NCBI GenBank assembly: GCA_020027965.1
Contig: JAHRHE010000001.1
Span: 3,704-67,703, forward strand
Source: Nitrospirota bacterium
Lineage (GTDB): Bacteria > Nitrospirota > Nitrospiria > Nitrospirales > Nitrospiraceae
Length of the DNA: 64,000 nucleotides
Reading direction: 5' to 3'
Positions 51,546-61,193 of the stretch are shown here, one piece after another. A program made the position numbers and the translations under genes. Every line of letters starts with the position of its first letter. Position 1 is the stretch's first letter. The notes below the pieces were generated by a model. The model ran no database searches, was not told the DNA's origin, and worked only from the letters and a program-made list of their open reading frames with translations.

Positions 51546-52436
51546 TTAGAACGGTAGCCGTTGAATGGCTGCGATCCGATTCTCAATCGGAGGGTGCGTC
51601 GCGAACAGGTGCATGATGCCTCCGGTGTTCCCGGAGATCTTCATCGTCGCCAGCGCGTCCTGAGTGCTGTACTCGACCTGGGCGCGCTTGACCCAGGAGT
51701 CGATGGCCCGCAGCGCTCCGATCATCGCGTCCTTGCCATAGATCTTGGCGGCGAATGCATCGGCTCCGAACTCGCGCCGGCGGGAGAACCAGGCGATCGG
51801 GATCATGGCCAGGAAAGACAGGACGGTCTGGAGGAAGAAATACACCCCCAAGGCCAGGGCCTGGTTGCGCTCCGCCAGGTGGCGGTATACCCACTGGCTG
51901 ATGAAGTAGACGAACGTGTTCATCAAGCCGGCCAGCACGGTTGTCGTGAACATGTCGCCATTATAGACATGCCCCATCTCGTGCGCCAGCACGGCCCGGA
52001 CTTCCTGCTCGTTCATATTGCTGAGCAGGCCGGTGGAGACCGCGACCATGGAGTTGTTCTTGCTCGGCCCCGTCGCGAAGGCGTTGGGATCGGGGGATTC
52101 GTACACCCACACCTCCGGCATCTGGATGCGCATCCGCTGGGCGATCTCTTGCACCGCTCCGTACATGACGTGCTCAGCATGTGTCCGAGGCTGAGTGATC
52201 TGAACGCAGCTCAGCATGGATCTAGCGATCTGCTTAGAAAATGCCAAGCTGATGAATGCGCCACCGAAGCCGATCACCAACGCCCACAGGAGATCCTGCT
52301 GAGTGACTGCCCCACGCAGGTCGATTCCAAACGCGGGGAGAACGATATCCAGTAAGACAGTGAACGTGAGGGAGAGGGTCACAAAGATCAGCACATTGGC
52401 GACGAGCAGTAGCCCGATACCCTTCAGCCATTTCAT
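51546..52436 (-). CDS. htpX: M48 zinc metalloprotease HtpX
   Basis: 296 aa. HEMGHVYNGD, EFGADAFAA, THPPIENRIAAI. TM topology as in HtpX. Confidence 0.9.
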   Translation of the reverse strand: MKWLKGIGLLLVANVLIFVTLSLTFTVLLDIVLPAFGIDLRGAVTQQDLLWALVIGFGGAFISLAFSKQIARSMLSCVQITQPRTHAEHVMYGAVQEIAQRMRIQMPEVWVYESPDPNAFATGPSKNNSMVAVSTGLLSNMNEQEVRAVLAHEMGHVYNGDMFTTTVLAGLMNTFVYFISQWVYRHLAERNQALALGVYFFLQTVLSFLAMIPIAWFSRRREFGADAFAAKIYGKDAMIGALRAIDSWVKRAQVEYSTQDALATMKISGNTGGIMHLFATHPPIENRIAAIQRLPF

Positions 52437-52686
52437 TGATGTCCTCCTTCAGCGAGTTTCAGCTCCTCGCGCCTTTGCGCAGGAGCGAGGCCGGCTATCC
52501 GGCCGACGAAGTCCCACCATTATACAACCGGAAAACCTGTTCTCGCCAGACCCATACCTCCATGGCTATGGTCGGCACAGCTAAGAGGGTGATAATCCTG
52601 CTTCGCCGGCAGTCAAGCCTTGCGTCTGCAGACCCGAGGCGCCCGGGAGTTGACCCGACCTCACCAGTTCTGTTAGAAGGGGCGTC

Positions 52687-53118
52687 GTGACGCGCCGCAT
52701 TTCAATCTTCGTCCTGATGCTGTGCTGTGCCGCAGCCGGACTGATCTCCGGTACTCCGGAGCGGGCTTCCGCCCAGTCCGCTGCTCCGGTCGTGGTCCAG
52801 GCCGATCCGGACGGTGTGCAGCGGGCGACGATTGTGCTCGACAGCTACTCCTACAGCCCAAACCACCTGGTGGTCCAATCGGGGAAACCGGTCGAGCTGA
52901 CGTTGACCAGCGTCACGACGCTCACACCCCATAACTTCGTCCTGAAAGAGCCCGCGACCGGCCTGGACATCGAAAAGGACGTGGGCGCTGGTAAGAGCCT
53001 TACGGTTCGGTTCACGCCCTCTCAGCCCGGCACCTTTGCTTTCTACTGCGACAAGAAGCTGCTCTTTTTCAAGAGCCACCGGGAAAAGGGCATGGAAGGG
53101 CGACTGGAAGTCCGGTAG
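52687..53118 (+). CDS. periplasmic cupredoxin-like domain protein
   Basis: 143 aa. Signal peptide. ...TPHNFVLKEP...GTFAFYCDKKLLFFKSHREKGMEGRLEV resembles the cupredoxin_1 pattern (His/Cys/His/Met candidates). Confidence 0.6.
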   Translation: MTRRISIFVLMLCCAAAGLISGTPERASAQSAAPVVVQADPDGVQRATIVLDSYSYSPNHLVVQSGKPVELTLTSVTTLTPHNFVLKEPATGLDIEKDVGAGKSLTVRFTPSQPGTFAFYCDKKLLFFKSHREKGMEGRLEVR

Positions 53119-53129
53119 TCTAGCAGGAA

Positions 53130-54182
53130 GTGTCTTCGCTATCGCATACAGGGCTTCCGAAGCGCGGGTTGCTGACGGATCTCCTCAAGAGAGTCTCCCG
53201 TTCGTTTTATCTCACCTTGATCGTCGTTCCTCGTCGAGTTCGTGCTCAGCTTGGACTCGCCTATCTCTTCGCGCGCGCGGCCGACACGATCGCCGACACA
53301 GACCTGATCGACCGACACCAGCGGCTCGGGTTCCTGAAACAGTTCAAGGCTCAGTTTGCCGGGGATCGCGTCGGGTGGGAGGAGGTGCGCGGCATTCAAG
53401 CCGCGCTGGTGCCTCATCAAAGGGAGTCGGCCGAGCGCACCCTGTTGGAACGTCTGGATGATTGCTTCAACGTGTACTTGAACCTTTCAACAGAAGACCG
53501 CAATCGAATAGAACAGCTCATGGGGACGCTTACCAAGGGGATGGAGATGGACCTGACGGTGTTCGCGGGTGATTCGCCGCGCGATCTCATGGCGCTTCGG
53601 TCCATGGATGAATTGGATCGCTATACCTTCTACGTGGCGGGCTGTGTGGGCGAGTTCTGGACGCACATGATCTGCGCGCATGTGCCATCGTTGGCACGTT
53701 GGGATACAGCCGCGATGGGAGCAATCGGCGTGCGGTTCGGCAAGGGGCTCCAGCTCACGAACGTGCTCAAAGACGTGGGCCGCGATCTGCAGCGAGGTCG
53801 CTGCTACCTTCCGGAACCGCTCTTACGGAAGGCAGGTCTGGTCCCGAGGGACCTGCTCCGAAAAGAAACCCTTCCCGCCTTGCGACCTGTACTTGTCGAA
53901 TTAATACGGATCGCCCTGGAGCATCTGGACCAAGGGTGGCTCTACACCATGGCGATCCCGCGGCGGGAGATTCGATTGCGCCTGGCTTGCATGTGGCCGA
54001 TCCTCTTCGCTGGCCACACCCTTCGCCGTGTAGCGGCCTCGACCGATCTTCTTGACGCCTCGGTGAACGTGAAGATGCCGAAAAGCCAGGTGCGCCTTCT
54101 AATGACGCTCACGACCCTCACCGGCGCCTGCGGCTCTCTCTGGACCGCCTACTGGGGCCGGCTCCGGAAGTCGGTTGTCTGA
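53130..54182 (+). CDS. squalene/phytoene synthase family protein (HpnC/HpnD-like)
   Basis: 350 aa. SRSFYLT, YLFARAADTIADT, YTFYVAGCVGEFW, LQLTNVLKDVGRDLQRGRCYLP. Confidence 0.8.
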   Translation: MSSLSHTGLPKRGLLTDLLKRVSRSFYLTLIVVPRRVRAQLGLAYLFARAADTIADTDLIDRHQRLGFLKQFKAQFAGDRVGWEEVRGIQAALVPHQRESAERTLLERLDDCFNVYLNLSTEDRNRIEQLMGTLTKGMEMDLTVFAGDSPRDLMALRSMDELDRYTFYVAGCVGEFWTHMICAHVPSLARWDTAAMGAIGVRFGKGLQLTNVLKDVGRDLQRGRCYLPEPLLRKAGLVPRDLLRKETLPALRPVLVELIRIALEHLDQGWLYTMAIPRREIRLRLACMWPILFAGHTLRRVAASTDLLDASVNVKMPKSQVRLLMTLTTLTGACGSLWTAYWGRLRKSVV

Positions 54183-54263
54183 TCCACTCTCGTCTTTTTC
54201 TCAGCTGTGCGTCCGCGCCCCTCTCCCTTAGGTCTCGGATGAAACGGATGCGCGGGGGACCGC

Positions 54264-54523
54264 GGCCAGGCTGCCTCCTGTGTTCGCGCGTCGCGACCCG
54301 TTGCAACGAAGTGCAACGGGTCCCCCGGCACTCCATCCACCTTCTCACAAGACCCGGTGGCTTGGCTGACCCCAATTGCGCGCGTCGAGCGAGCACTCTA
54401 TCTACCTAGGCCCGGACCCAATAAGTCATGAGTGCGCGCTCCGCGAGCAGGCGGGTCAGCCAGGCCACCCGGCTCCCCCCGTTCTTGTGTGCGCGACGCG
54501 CGAACACAGGAGGGAGCCTGGCC
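54264..54523. repeat. 260-bp nested palindromic element; contains copy B (54377-54449) of the 73-nt core
   Basis: Outer arms 54264-54295 / 54492-54523 are complementary at 31/32. Inner hairpin 54295-54322. Arms ccggtggcttggctgacc / ggtcagccaggccacccgg flank the core. Confidence 0.85.
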
Positions 54524-54570
54524 GACTGGCCCATCCTTGAGCCGTGCGCCGCTCGTCGGCTGAGACGCCC

Positions 54571-54849
54571 TTACTTCTTCTGCGGCACCAGCAATTTATC
54601 TCCCTTGCGGAAGACGGCGTAGATGGCTTGGGAAGGACAGGCGTCGAGGCAGAGGCGACAGGATTCCAGGCAACGCGACGAGTCGAACTTGAACGGCGGC
54701 GTGGATAGCCACGCGCCGGTCGGGCAGACCGGGATGCAGACGGCATTATGCGTGCAGCGGTCGGGATGACGGACGAGGTGATCGCGTGTGACCATCATGG
54801 GCTTGATTCCCTCAAACAGGGCTCGCGAGAACATTTCCAGCATGTTCAC
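54571..54849 (-). CDS. small Cys-rich ferredoxin-like protein (irregular 4Fe-4S motifs)
   Basis: 92 aa. CTHNAVCIPVCP and CLESCRLCLDACP. Confidence 0.55.
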   Translation of the reverse strand: MNMLEMFSRALFEGIKPMMVTRDHLVRHPDRCTHNAVCIPVCPTGAWLSTPPFKFDSSRCLESCRLCLDACPSQAIYAVFRKGDKLLVPQKK

Positions 54850-54875
54850 AACGGGACATCCTTGCTTCTACTCGC

Positions 54876-55289
54876 TCACTTCCACTCGTCCACCAGTCGG
54901 CGCAGGCGATCCTTGAGCTCAGGAATCTGCTCCAGATTGTTTTGGATCGCTCCGAGAATCTTCTCCAGACGCGCCGCGCGCAGCGCTTCTTTGTCCTGGC
55001 GGACTAATCGATCGTATTCGGTGTAGGCCTTCGGGTGCTTGGGTTCCAGGACCGTGCGGGCAGCTCCCAGAGCCTCGGTCAGTTCCCAAGGCTCGGGCGC
55101 CAGGGGAGGAGCCACCGCGAACGATCCGTCGGAGAACACGAGCACTGCCGCCCCGGGTTTCGACGGCAAAGGCGCGACGGCCTCGATCGTCTTTCCTTGT
55201 GCCTGCTCCCAGGCCATGGCCAATCCCGGGAATTGTTTCATGAAAGCCACCTTCTCTTGGTTGGCTTTCCACTTCTCTTCAACCGGCAT
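54876..55289 (-). CDS. hypothetical protein (137 aa)
   Basis: Uninterrupted ORF between two Fe-S protein genes. No family recognised. Confidence 0.5.
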   Translation of the reverse strand: MPVEEKWKANQEKVAFMKQFPGLAMAWEQAQGKTIEAVAPLPSKPGAAVLVFSDGSFAVAPPLAPEPWELTEALGAARTVLEPKHPKAYTEYDRLVRQDKEALRAARLEKILGAIQNNLEQIPELKDRLRRLVDEWK

Positions 55290-55304
55290 AGCGACTCTCT
55301 TTCA

Positions 55305-55384
55305 GAAAGGTTGAGGTTCAGGTTAAGGTCGAGGGTAGTCGAATGCCTTACTCATCCGGCCTTTTGCCTCAACCTGAGCCTTTC
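55305..55384. repeat. period-7 inverted arm pair (GGTTGAG/GGTTAAG family)
   Basis: gaaaggttgaggttcaggttaaggtcgaggg ... gcctcaacctgagcctttc. The right arm overlaps the ferredoxin stop codon. Confidence 0.85.
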
Positions 55385-55710
55385 TTTTCCTTTTCGTGGC
55401 CTGGCATCAGCAGTCGCTCGACGATCTCGCCTCTCAGGATGTGGCGTTCCATGATCTCGGTGACGTCGGCTTCCGTGCCGACCCAGTACCAGACCCCTTC
55501 CGGATAGATGACCACGCTGGGGCCGAGATCGCAGTGGTCGAGGCACCCGGACTTGTTGGCGCGCACGGTGCCCTTGAGGCCTAAGCGTTCGACCTCCTTC
55601 TTGAAAAATGCCTGCAGGCGCTCGGAACCACGATCCGCGCAGCAGCCCCGCGGGTCGTTTTTGGGCCGCTGGTTCACGCAGCAGAAAATATGATGCTTGA
55701 AGGTCGTCAC
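55369..55710 (-). CDS. thioredoxin-like [2Fe-2S] ferredoxin
   Basis: 113 aa. HIFCCVNQRP...GCCA...SGCLDHCDLGPSVVIYPEGVWY. Confidence 0.8.
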   Translation of the reverse strand: MTTFKHHIFCCVNQRPKNDPRGCCADRGSERLQAFFKKEVERLGLKGTVRANKSGCLDHCDLGPSVVIYPEGVWYWVGTEADVTEIMERHILRGEIVERLLMPGHEKEKKGSG

Positions 55711-55729
55711 CGGTTAGGTCGCGAGGACG

Positions 55730-56179
55730 TTATCCGGATACGGACTGGGATAGCGCTCGGGTCTGCATGCGATGCAGAAGGGCGCTGACATCGGTCGGAT
55801 CGATCAACCGCGAGCCGGTTTGATACCCTTCCAGAAGGGCGGTGATCTCCCGGAGACGCAGGTGCGCGCGCTGCAAGGGCTCAGCCCCGGCGAGCTCGGA
55901 CGGCTGCCCCGTGCTCAGCTTGTCAAACTCCGCCTTGATATCCCGGAAATCTCGTTGGAGATTCTTCTGCATGGAACAGGGCTCGCAGTACCATTTGGGG
56001 CTCTGATCCGAGGACGGCGAGAGACGGTCATAGGGTCGACCGAAGAAGTCTTTGCCGAGCGACAGCTTCATGAGCGGGCCGCAGTCAGAACCGCAGGCGT
56101 CGCACCGGCCCGCTGAAAAGCCGGGTTTGTCGTCCGTCAGCACGTCCGCTGCCTCACCCCAGTTGGAAAACGGCCCCAT
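55730..56179 (-). CDS. hypothetical Cys-rich (zinc-ribbon-like) protein
   Basis: Start at MGPFSNW (the ORF extends to 56236). CDACGSDC ... WYCEPCS. Confidence 0.45.
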   Translation of the reverse strand: MGPFSNWGEAADVLTDDKPGFSAGRCDACGSDCGPLMKLSLGKDFFGRPYDRLSPSSDQSPKWYCEPCSMQKNLQRDFRDIKAEFDKLSTGQPSELAGAEPLQRAHLRLREITALLEGYQTGSRLIDPTDVSALLHRMQTRALSQSVSG

Positions 56180-56325
56180 CTTACACCAGGGTTTCGGTGA
56201 CTGTCCAGTTGAGCGCCGCGGGTCCGGCTGCAACAATCAAGGTTCTGTTCGGCGGCAAACCGATCTCGCGCTATGATAATGTTAGCCGACGGACCGGGCA
56301 TTCGGGACGGACGCAAGGAGAAACC

Positions 56326-57426
56326 ATGATCATCGGTGTGCCGAAGGAGATCAAGGACCACGAGTTTCGGGTGAGCCTGACCCCCGATGGGGTGCGGATG
56401 CTATGCGCTAGTGGTCACACGGTGTGGGTTGAGCCTTCAGCCGGCGAAGGGAGCGGGTTCGCGGACGAGGAGTATCAGAAGGCCGGCGCGCGACTGGCCG
56501 GATCCAAAGCGCAACTCTTCCAGGAAGCCGAACTGATCCTCAAGGTCAAAGAGCCGCTGCCCTCCGAGTATGGGTTGTTCCGACCACGGCAGATCTTGTT
56601 CACCTATCTTCATCTGGCAGCCTCCGCAGAGCTCACCCGCGCTCTGGTGGAGGCGCGGGTGACGGCGATCGCCTACGAGACGACGGAGCAGAATGGCGCG
56701 CTTCCCATGCTCAGGCCGATGAGTGAGATCGCCGGCCGCATGGCGGTCCAGGTCGGGGCGCGCTACTTGGAACGGTCTCAAGGCGGCCGAGGGGTGCTCC
56801 TAGGCGCCGTGCCGGGTGTCGAGTCGGCGACGGTGGTGATCCTGGGGGCCGGTGTGGTCGGGAGCGCAGCCACCAGGATCGCGGTCGGCATGGGCGCCCA
56901 GGTCACCGTGATCAATCAGGATCTTTCGCGCCTGCACTATTTGGACGACCTCTATCGGGGGCGAATCGTGACGCTGGCGGCAAACCAGTCCTGGATCGAC
57001 CGGGCCGTTGAGAACGGGGATCTGGTCATCGGGGCCGTGTTGGTGCGCGGTGCACGGGCGCCCAAGCTGGTCTCACAGTCCGTCGTGTCCAGGATGAAGC
57101 GGGGATCGGTCATCGTGGATGTCTCGGTGGATCAAGGGGGGTGCTTCGAGACCACACGGCCGACGACTCATTCGGACCCCGTGTATCAGGTGAACGGCGT
57201 GCTGCACTATTGTGTTGCGAATATGCCCGGGATCGTGCCTCGCACGTCCACTTTGGCCTTGACCAATGCCACGCTACCCTTTATAGTCCGGATGGCTTCT
57301 GCGGGCGCAGAGAAGGCCATCCGCTCCGATCCAGGGCTTCGCTCGGGTGTCAACGTGGCGGATGGGAAGGTGACCTGCAAAGCTGTCGCCGACGCGCACG
57401 GCCTGCGATATGAGCCGCTGGCCTGA
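56326..57426 (+). CDS. ald: alanine dehydrogenase
   Basis: Start at [33 protein letters not shown] Rossmann. [10 protein letters not shown]. Confidence 0.9.
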   Translation: MIIGVPKEIKDHEFRVSLTPDGVRMLCASGHTVWVEPSAGEGSGFADEEYQKAGARLAGSKAQLFQEAELILKVKEPLPSEYGLFRPRQILFTYLHLAASAELTRALVEARVTAIAYETTEQNGALPMLRPMSEIAGRMAVQVGARYLERSQGGRGVLLGAVPGVESATVVILGAGVVGSAATRIAVGMGAQVTVINQDLSRLHYLDDLYRGRIVTLAANQSWIDRAVENGDLVIGAVLVRGARAPKLVSQSVVSRMKRGSVIVDVSVDQGGCFETTRPTTHSDPVYQVNGVLHYCVANMPGIVPRTSTLALTNATLPFIVRMASAGAEKAIRSDPGLRSGVNVADGKVTCKAVADAHGLRYEPLA

Positions 57427-57449
57427 CGGCGAGTTGAGAGCACCTTGAT

Positions 57450-57526
<77 letters not shown>

Positions 57527-57663
57527 TCGAAAGATAGGATCGAGGGTCCGGGGCGGGAGGATTTGAAGCCGGCGAGCGCTGAGCGATCAGCGAGGATGAG
57601 GCCAGGGCGGCCCGGCAGCGAGCCGGCCGGTCGGCGGGGCAGGCGCAGCCTGGCCCCAGAGAC

Positions 57664-57713
57664 CAAATCCTCTCGCCCCGACCATCGAAAGATAGGATCG
57701 AGGGTCCGGGGCG
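57664..57713 (+). repeat. exact 50-nt duplicate of the tRNA-Pro 3' end plus downstream flank
   Basis: caaatcctctcgccccgaccatcgaaagataggatcgagggtccggggcg at 57506-57555 and 57664-57713 (offset 158 nt). Confidence 0.9.
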
Positions 57714-57715
57714 AA

Positions 57716-57906
57716 GGATTTTAAGCCGGCGTGTGCCGCACCAAGCTCGCTCTACCCGGAGCCATACGATTCACGGCGACGAGATGCAACCTTCGGTGGT
57801 TTTATCCGTTTCCTTTGGTTTGGCCCGCGGCGAGCGGATTTGAAGCCGACGTGTGCCACCCCAAGCTCGCTCTACGCGGAGCCATACGATCGACGGCGAC
57901 GCGAGA
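57716..57906 (+). repeat. two ~70-nt direct repeats (offset 120 nt)
   Basis: ggattttaagccggcgtgtgccgcaccaagctcgctctacccggagccatacgattcacggcgacgaga (57716-) versus ggatttgaagccgacgtgtgccaccccaagctcgctctacgcggagccatacgatcgacggcgacgcgaga (57836-). A third GGATTTGAAGCCGGCG lies at 57559. Confidence 0.85.
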
Positions 57907-58347
57907 AGACCTCTCGTGCTCGGGGCCAGAGGATCCAAACCCGGCAATGCCAGCCCACCTCTGTCCTGCCGACCGCAGGATGAAGACAGCCTTTCCGCTT
58001 TGGGAAGTCCAGGAAATTTGATACACTGCTTCTCCGAGGATCATGCCGCAAAGCGACATGGGCAGGATGGGAGGCGGTTGGACATGGAACCGCTGCCTGG
58101 AGCGGGACTGTCGAATTCGTTGGGCCTACGGCGACACCCAGCGCCGATCCCAGCCCCCGCGCGCTCTGCCAGAACGCCCCCCGGTACTGCGCGGGCGAGC
58201 CGGTTCCCCTTCTCGTCCTCGTCTCCTTCACAAGCGCGTGCGAAGTTCGCCCCCTGTAGCTCACATCATGCCGGGGTCGTGGCGTGGTCCGGCGCTCCGT
58301 GGCGCGTTTCGGCGGGTCATGCATCCGGTGGGCGGGGGAGATAAGAT

Positions 58348-58635
58348 TTGGGCGGTGCCTTGGTCCGAGCGCGGATCTGGGTCAGTGGCCGGGTTCAGGG
58401 TGTCGGGTACCGCGCCTTTGCTCACGATGTCGCGTGTGATCGTGGGCTCTCCGGGGGGGTGCGCAATCTGACAGACGGGCGGGTGGAAGTGGAGGTTGAG
58501 GGCGAGAAGCAGACGGTGGAGGCCTTCATCGAGGTGCTGAGAGCCGGTCCACGCATGTCACGGGTGGATGGCCTCGAGCTTTGTTGGGAGTCGCCTACCG
58601 GTCAGCAATCGGGCTTTCGCATCTGGTACGCGTGA
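58348..58635 (+). CDS. acyP: acylphosphatase
   Basis: 95 aa, TTG start. VSGRVQGVGYRAF...GGVRNLTDGRVEVEVEG. Confidence 0.8.
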   Translation: MGGALVRARIWVSGRVQGVGYRAFAHDVACDRGLSGGVRNLTDGRVEVEVEGEKQTVEAFIEVLRAGPRMSRVDGLELCWESPTGQQSGFRIWYA

Positions 58636-58692
58636 GTCACGCTCGGGCACCTCGACGGAGTGGGCATGCGGCGTGACCAGACCTAAGGATAC

Positions 58693-59670
58693 ATGATGGG
58701 CCGTGTTCACGATGACGAGGACTGGACCCCGCCGGCTGAGCCGGGCGACGAGGAGGACGAGGGGGCTCAGCCGGTCTCCGAGTCTCTTGAGGCCGAACCC
58801 AGCCCGGAGGAAAAGTGGGGCCGAAAGGGCGAGCCCTCCGAGGGGCTCGATGCGGTGAAGAGCTACCTCAAGGAGATCCGTCACTCGACGTTGCTCACGT
58901 TCGAACAGGAACAGGAGCTGGGGAAACGGGTCCAAGAGGGCGACATGAGCGCCCGTACGCAGATGATCGAGTCAAACCTGCGTCTCGTGGTCAGCATCGG
59001 CAAACGGTATATGAACCGGGGACTGCCGTTCTCGGATATCATCGAGGAAGGGAATCTCGGGCTGATCAAGGCGGTGGAAAAGTTCAACTATGCGCGCGGA
59101 TTTCGCTTCAGCACCTACGCCTCCTGGTGGATCCGGCAGTTCATCGAGCGAGCCATCATTAATCAAGGGAAGCTCATCCGGCTGCCGGTGCATGTGGTGG
59201 AACGTCTGAACAAGTATCTCTCTGAGGTCGAACAGTTCGTCCAGGAGTTGGGCCGGGAGCCGAGAGTGTATGAGATCGCCGAACGCCTGAAGATCGCGGA
59301 GGAAGACGTCACCGACCTGAAACAGTTGATCCGGACCACCTACTCGCTGGATAGCCCAATCAGCGAGCACACGGACACGTTCCTCCGCGACGTGATCGAA
59401 GACCCCATGGGCGATTCGCCGGACAAGACGGCGGAAGGCGTCCAGCGGCGCGAGGGTATTCTGGACTGGGTCAAGGCCCTTCAGGAGAAGGAGAGAACTG
59501 TGATCATGCTCCGGTTCGGGCTGGATGGCGGCGAGGCCCAAACCTTGGAAGAGATCGGGCGAACGCTGGCGCTGACGCGCGAGCGCGTTCGGCAGATCGA
59601 GACGGTCGCACTCGGCAAGCTCCGAGGTATCATTGAGAAAAAAACCATCAAGCAGGAGGATCTGTTGTAG
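58693..59670 (+). CDS. sigma-70 family group-2 (RpoS/RpoD-like) sigma factor
   Basis: 325 aa. Region 2 [55 protein letters not shown]. Region 4 [10 protein letters not shown]. Confidence 0.85.
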   Translation: MMGRVHDDEDWTPPAEPGDEEDEGAQPVSESLEAEPSPEEKWGRKGEPSEGLDAVKSYLKEIRHSTLLTFEQEQELGKRVQEGDMSARTQMIESNLRLVVSIGKRYMNRGLPFSDIIEEGNLGLIKAVEKFNYARGFRFSTYASWWIRQFIERAIINQGKLIRLPVHVVERLNKYLSEVEQFVQELGREPRVYEIAERLKIAEEDVTDLKQLIRTTYSLDSPISEHTDTFLRDVIEDPMGDSPDKTAEGVQRREGILDWVKALQEKERTVIMLRFGLDGGEAQTLEEIGRTLALTRERVRQIETVALGKLRGIIEKKTIKQEDLL

Positions 59671-59688
59671 GGGGAGGGACGAGGCCTG

Positions 59689-60207
59689 ATGGATTACAAA
59701 GCGCTGATTCGTGAAGTGCCGGATTTTCCCAAACCGGGCATCCTGTTCTATGACATCACCACGCTGCTCAAGAACGCCCAAGCCTTCCGGCAGATCCTGG
59801 ACGAGCTGACGAACCGGTACAAGAACCAGAAGATCTCGAAGATCGTCGGCATCGAATCCCGCGGGTTCATTCTCGGCAGTCCTCTGGCGTACCAACTCGG
59901 GAGCGGATTCGTGCCGGTGCGCAAGCCCGGCAAGCTCCCGGCCGACATCTATGAGGTTAAGTACAATCTGGAATATGGTTCCAACTCCCTCGCGATCCAC
60001 CGCGATGCCATCGCGGTGGGTGAACGCATCCTCATCGTGGATGATCTGTTAGCCACCGGTGGCACCGCCGCCGCGACGGTCAATCTGGTGCGTCAACTGG
60101 GCGGTGACCTGGTCGGGCTGGTCTTTCTGGTAGAGCTGGTCGGCCTCAAGGGACGCGAGAAGCTGAACGGCTGCGACATCTACTCCATGATCACCTACTC
60201 CTCCTAG
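59689..60207 (+). CDS. apt: adenine phosphoribosyltransferase
   Basis: 172 aa. DFPKPGILFYDITTLL, ILIVDDLLATGGTA PRPP motif. Confidence 0.9.
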   Translation: MDYKALIREVPDFPKPGILFYDITTLLKNAQAFRQILDELTNRYKNQKISKIVGIESRGFILGSPLAYQLGSGFVPVRKPGKLPADIYEVKYNLEYGSNSLAIHRDAIAVGERILIVDDLLATGGTAAATVNLVRQLGGDLVGLVFLVELVGLKGREKLNGCDIYSMITYSS

Positions 60208-60440
60208 TGCCGTTCCAACTATTCCTGACTAGTGCACAACTTCGATATCGATGAAGGCGCGGGATACGCTCTGTCGTCCCTTTTGGCGAGACAAATTGGA
60301 ACGGCACTAGTCCCCCCCTCGATCGTGTTTCCTCTTCGAAGACAGTGAGGTACCCGGCGCCACCTTGGGCCCAGGACTTGTCAAAGCGCGGGTGCCGTGT
60401 TATGAATACCGGCATTTCTTCACAGGGGGAGTCATCCAGC

Positions 60441-60980
60441 ATGCGAGACAAAGTGAAGAAGAAGAAGACGGGCACCGTGGCTAAGCCCTTGAGGACCGCC
60501 ACGAAGGCGCAGCCGGTCGACGGAAAAAAGCAGGCCTACGGAGCGCGTTCTCCGGAGGGGGCGCCCGGAGCTGGTGCAGTGTTGAGACCGGCTGATGCCA
60601 GGCGCCGCGAGGCTCTGCACCGGATGCTGATGACCAAACGTCAGGAAACGTTGGATGAGATCGGAGCGAGTCTGGGGCAGTCCTTGACCGAGGATCAACA
60701 ACGCAGGTTGGAATCCGCGATGGATGTCGGCGATCAGGCCCTGATGGACCTGGAGCGGGAACTCGGGATCTCGCTCTTGGAGATGCGCAACCGCAGGCGG
60801 CAACAGATCGACGAAGCGCTGGCCAGGCTGGCGGAGGGCACCTACGGTGTCTGCGCCGAGTGTGGAATCGAGATCAGTGAGAAGCGGCTTCAGGCGGTGC
60901 CGTTCGCCAAGCTTTGCGTGGAATGCCAGACGCGAGAGGAGCTACTGGAAAAGATCGAGAAGGGAGAGGAGCGCGACTGA
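60441..60980 (+). CDS. DksA/TraR-family C4 zinc-finger protein with a Lys-rich N-terminal extension
   Basis: Start at MRDKVKKKK. YGVCAECGIEISEKRLQAVPFAKLCVECQ. Confidence 0.75.
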   Translation: MRDKVKKKKTGTVAKPLRTATKAQPVDGKKQAYGARSPEGAPGAGAVLRPADARRREALHRMLMTKRQETLDEIGASLGQSLTEDQQRRLESAMDVGDQALMDLERELGISLLEMRNRRRQQIDEALARLAEGTYGVCAECGIEISEKRLQAVPFAKLCVECQTREELLEKIEKGEERD

Positions 60981-61193
60981 CCGCCTCGTTCCAGACGCCG
61001 TGTCGCCTGCCTCGGAACCTGACGTCTCCTCGGCACCAGCGGCCCCGTTTCCCACAGCCGGCATGCCGCGCGAGCCACCCCCCTCGTCTTCCCCGGCGAT
61101 CATCCACTGTCCGGTGTCGCGCCGAGGGACTCGGTCGCGCGAGCCCCGTCTGGCCGTCGGCGGCCCCGGGAGGCCTGACCGACGGAGCATCCG

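Noticed and set aside
57545-57790. Minus-strand tRNA or pseudo-tRNA genes suggested by GGATTTGAA words.
   Set aside because: The reverse complements give a T-loop-like TTCAAAT/TTAAAAT, but the flanking 5-nt stems do not pair and no D arm is present. They are treated as tRNA-derived repeat fragments.
60981-61193. preQ1 riboswitch upstream of queC.
   Set aside because: No preQ1-I/II-like compact hairpin with an A-rich tail was seen. The region is GC-rich and overlaps spurious ORFs.
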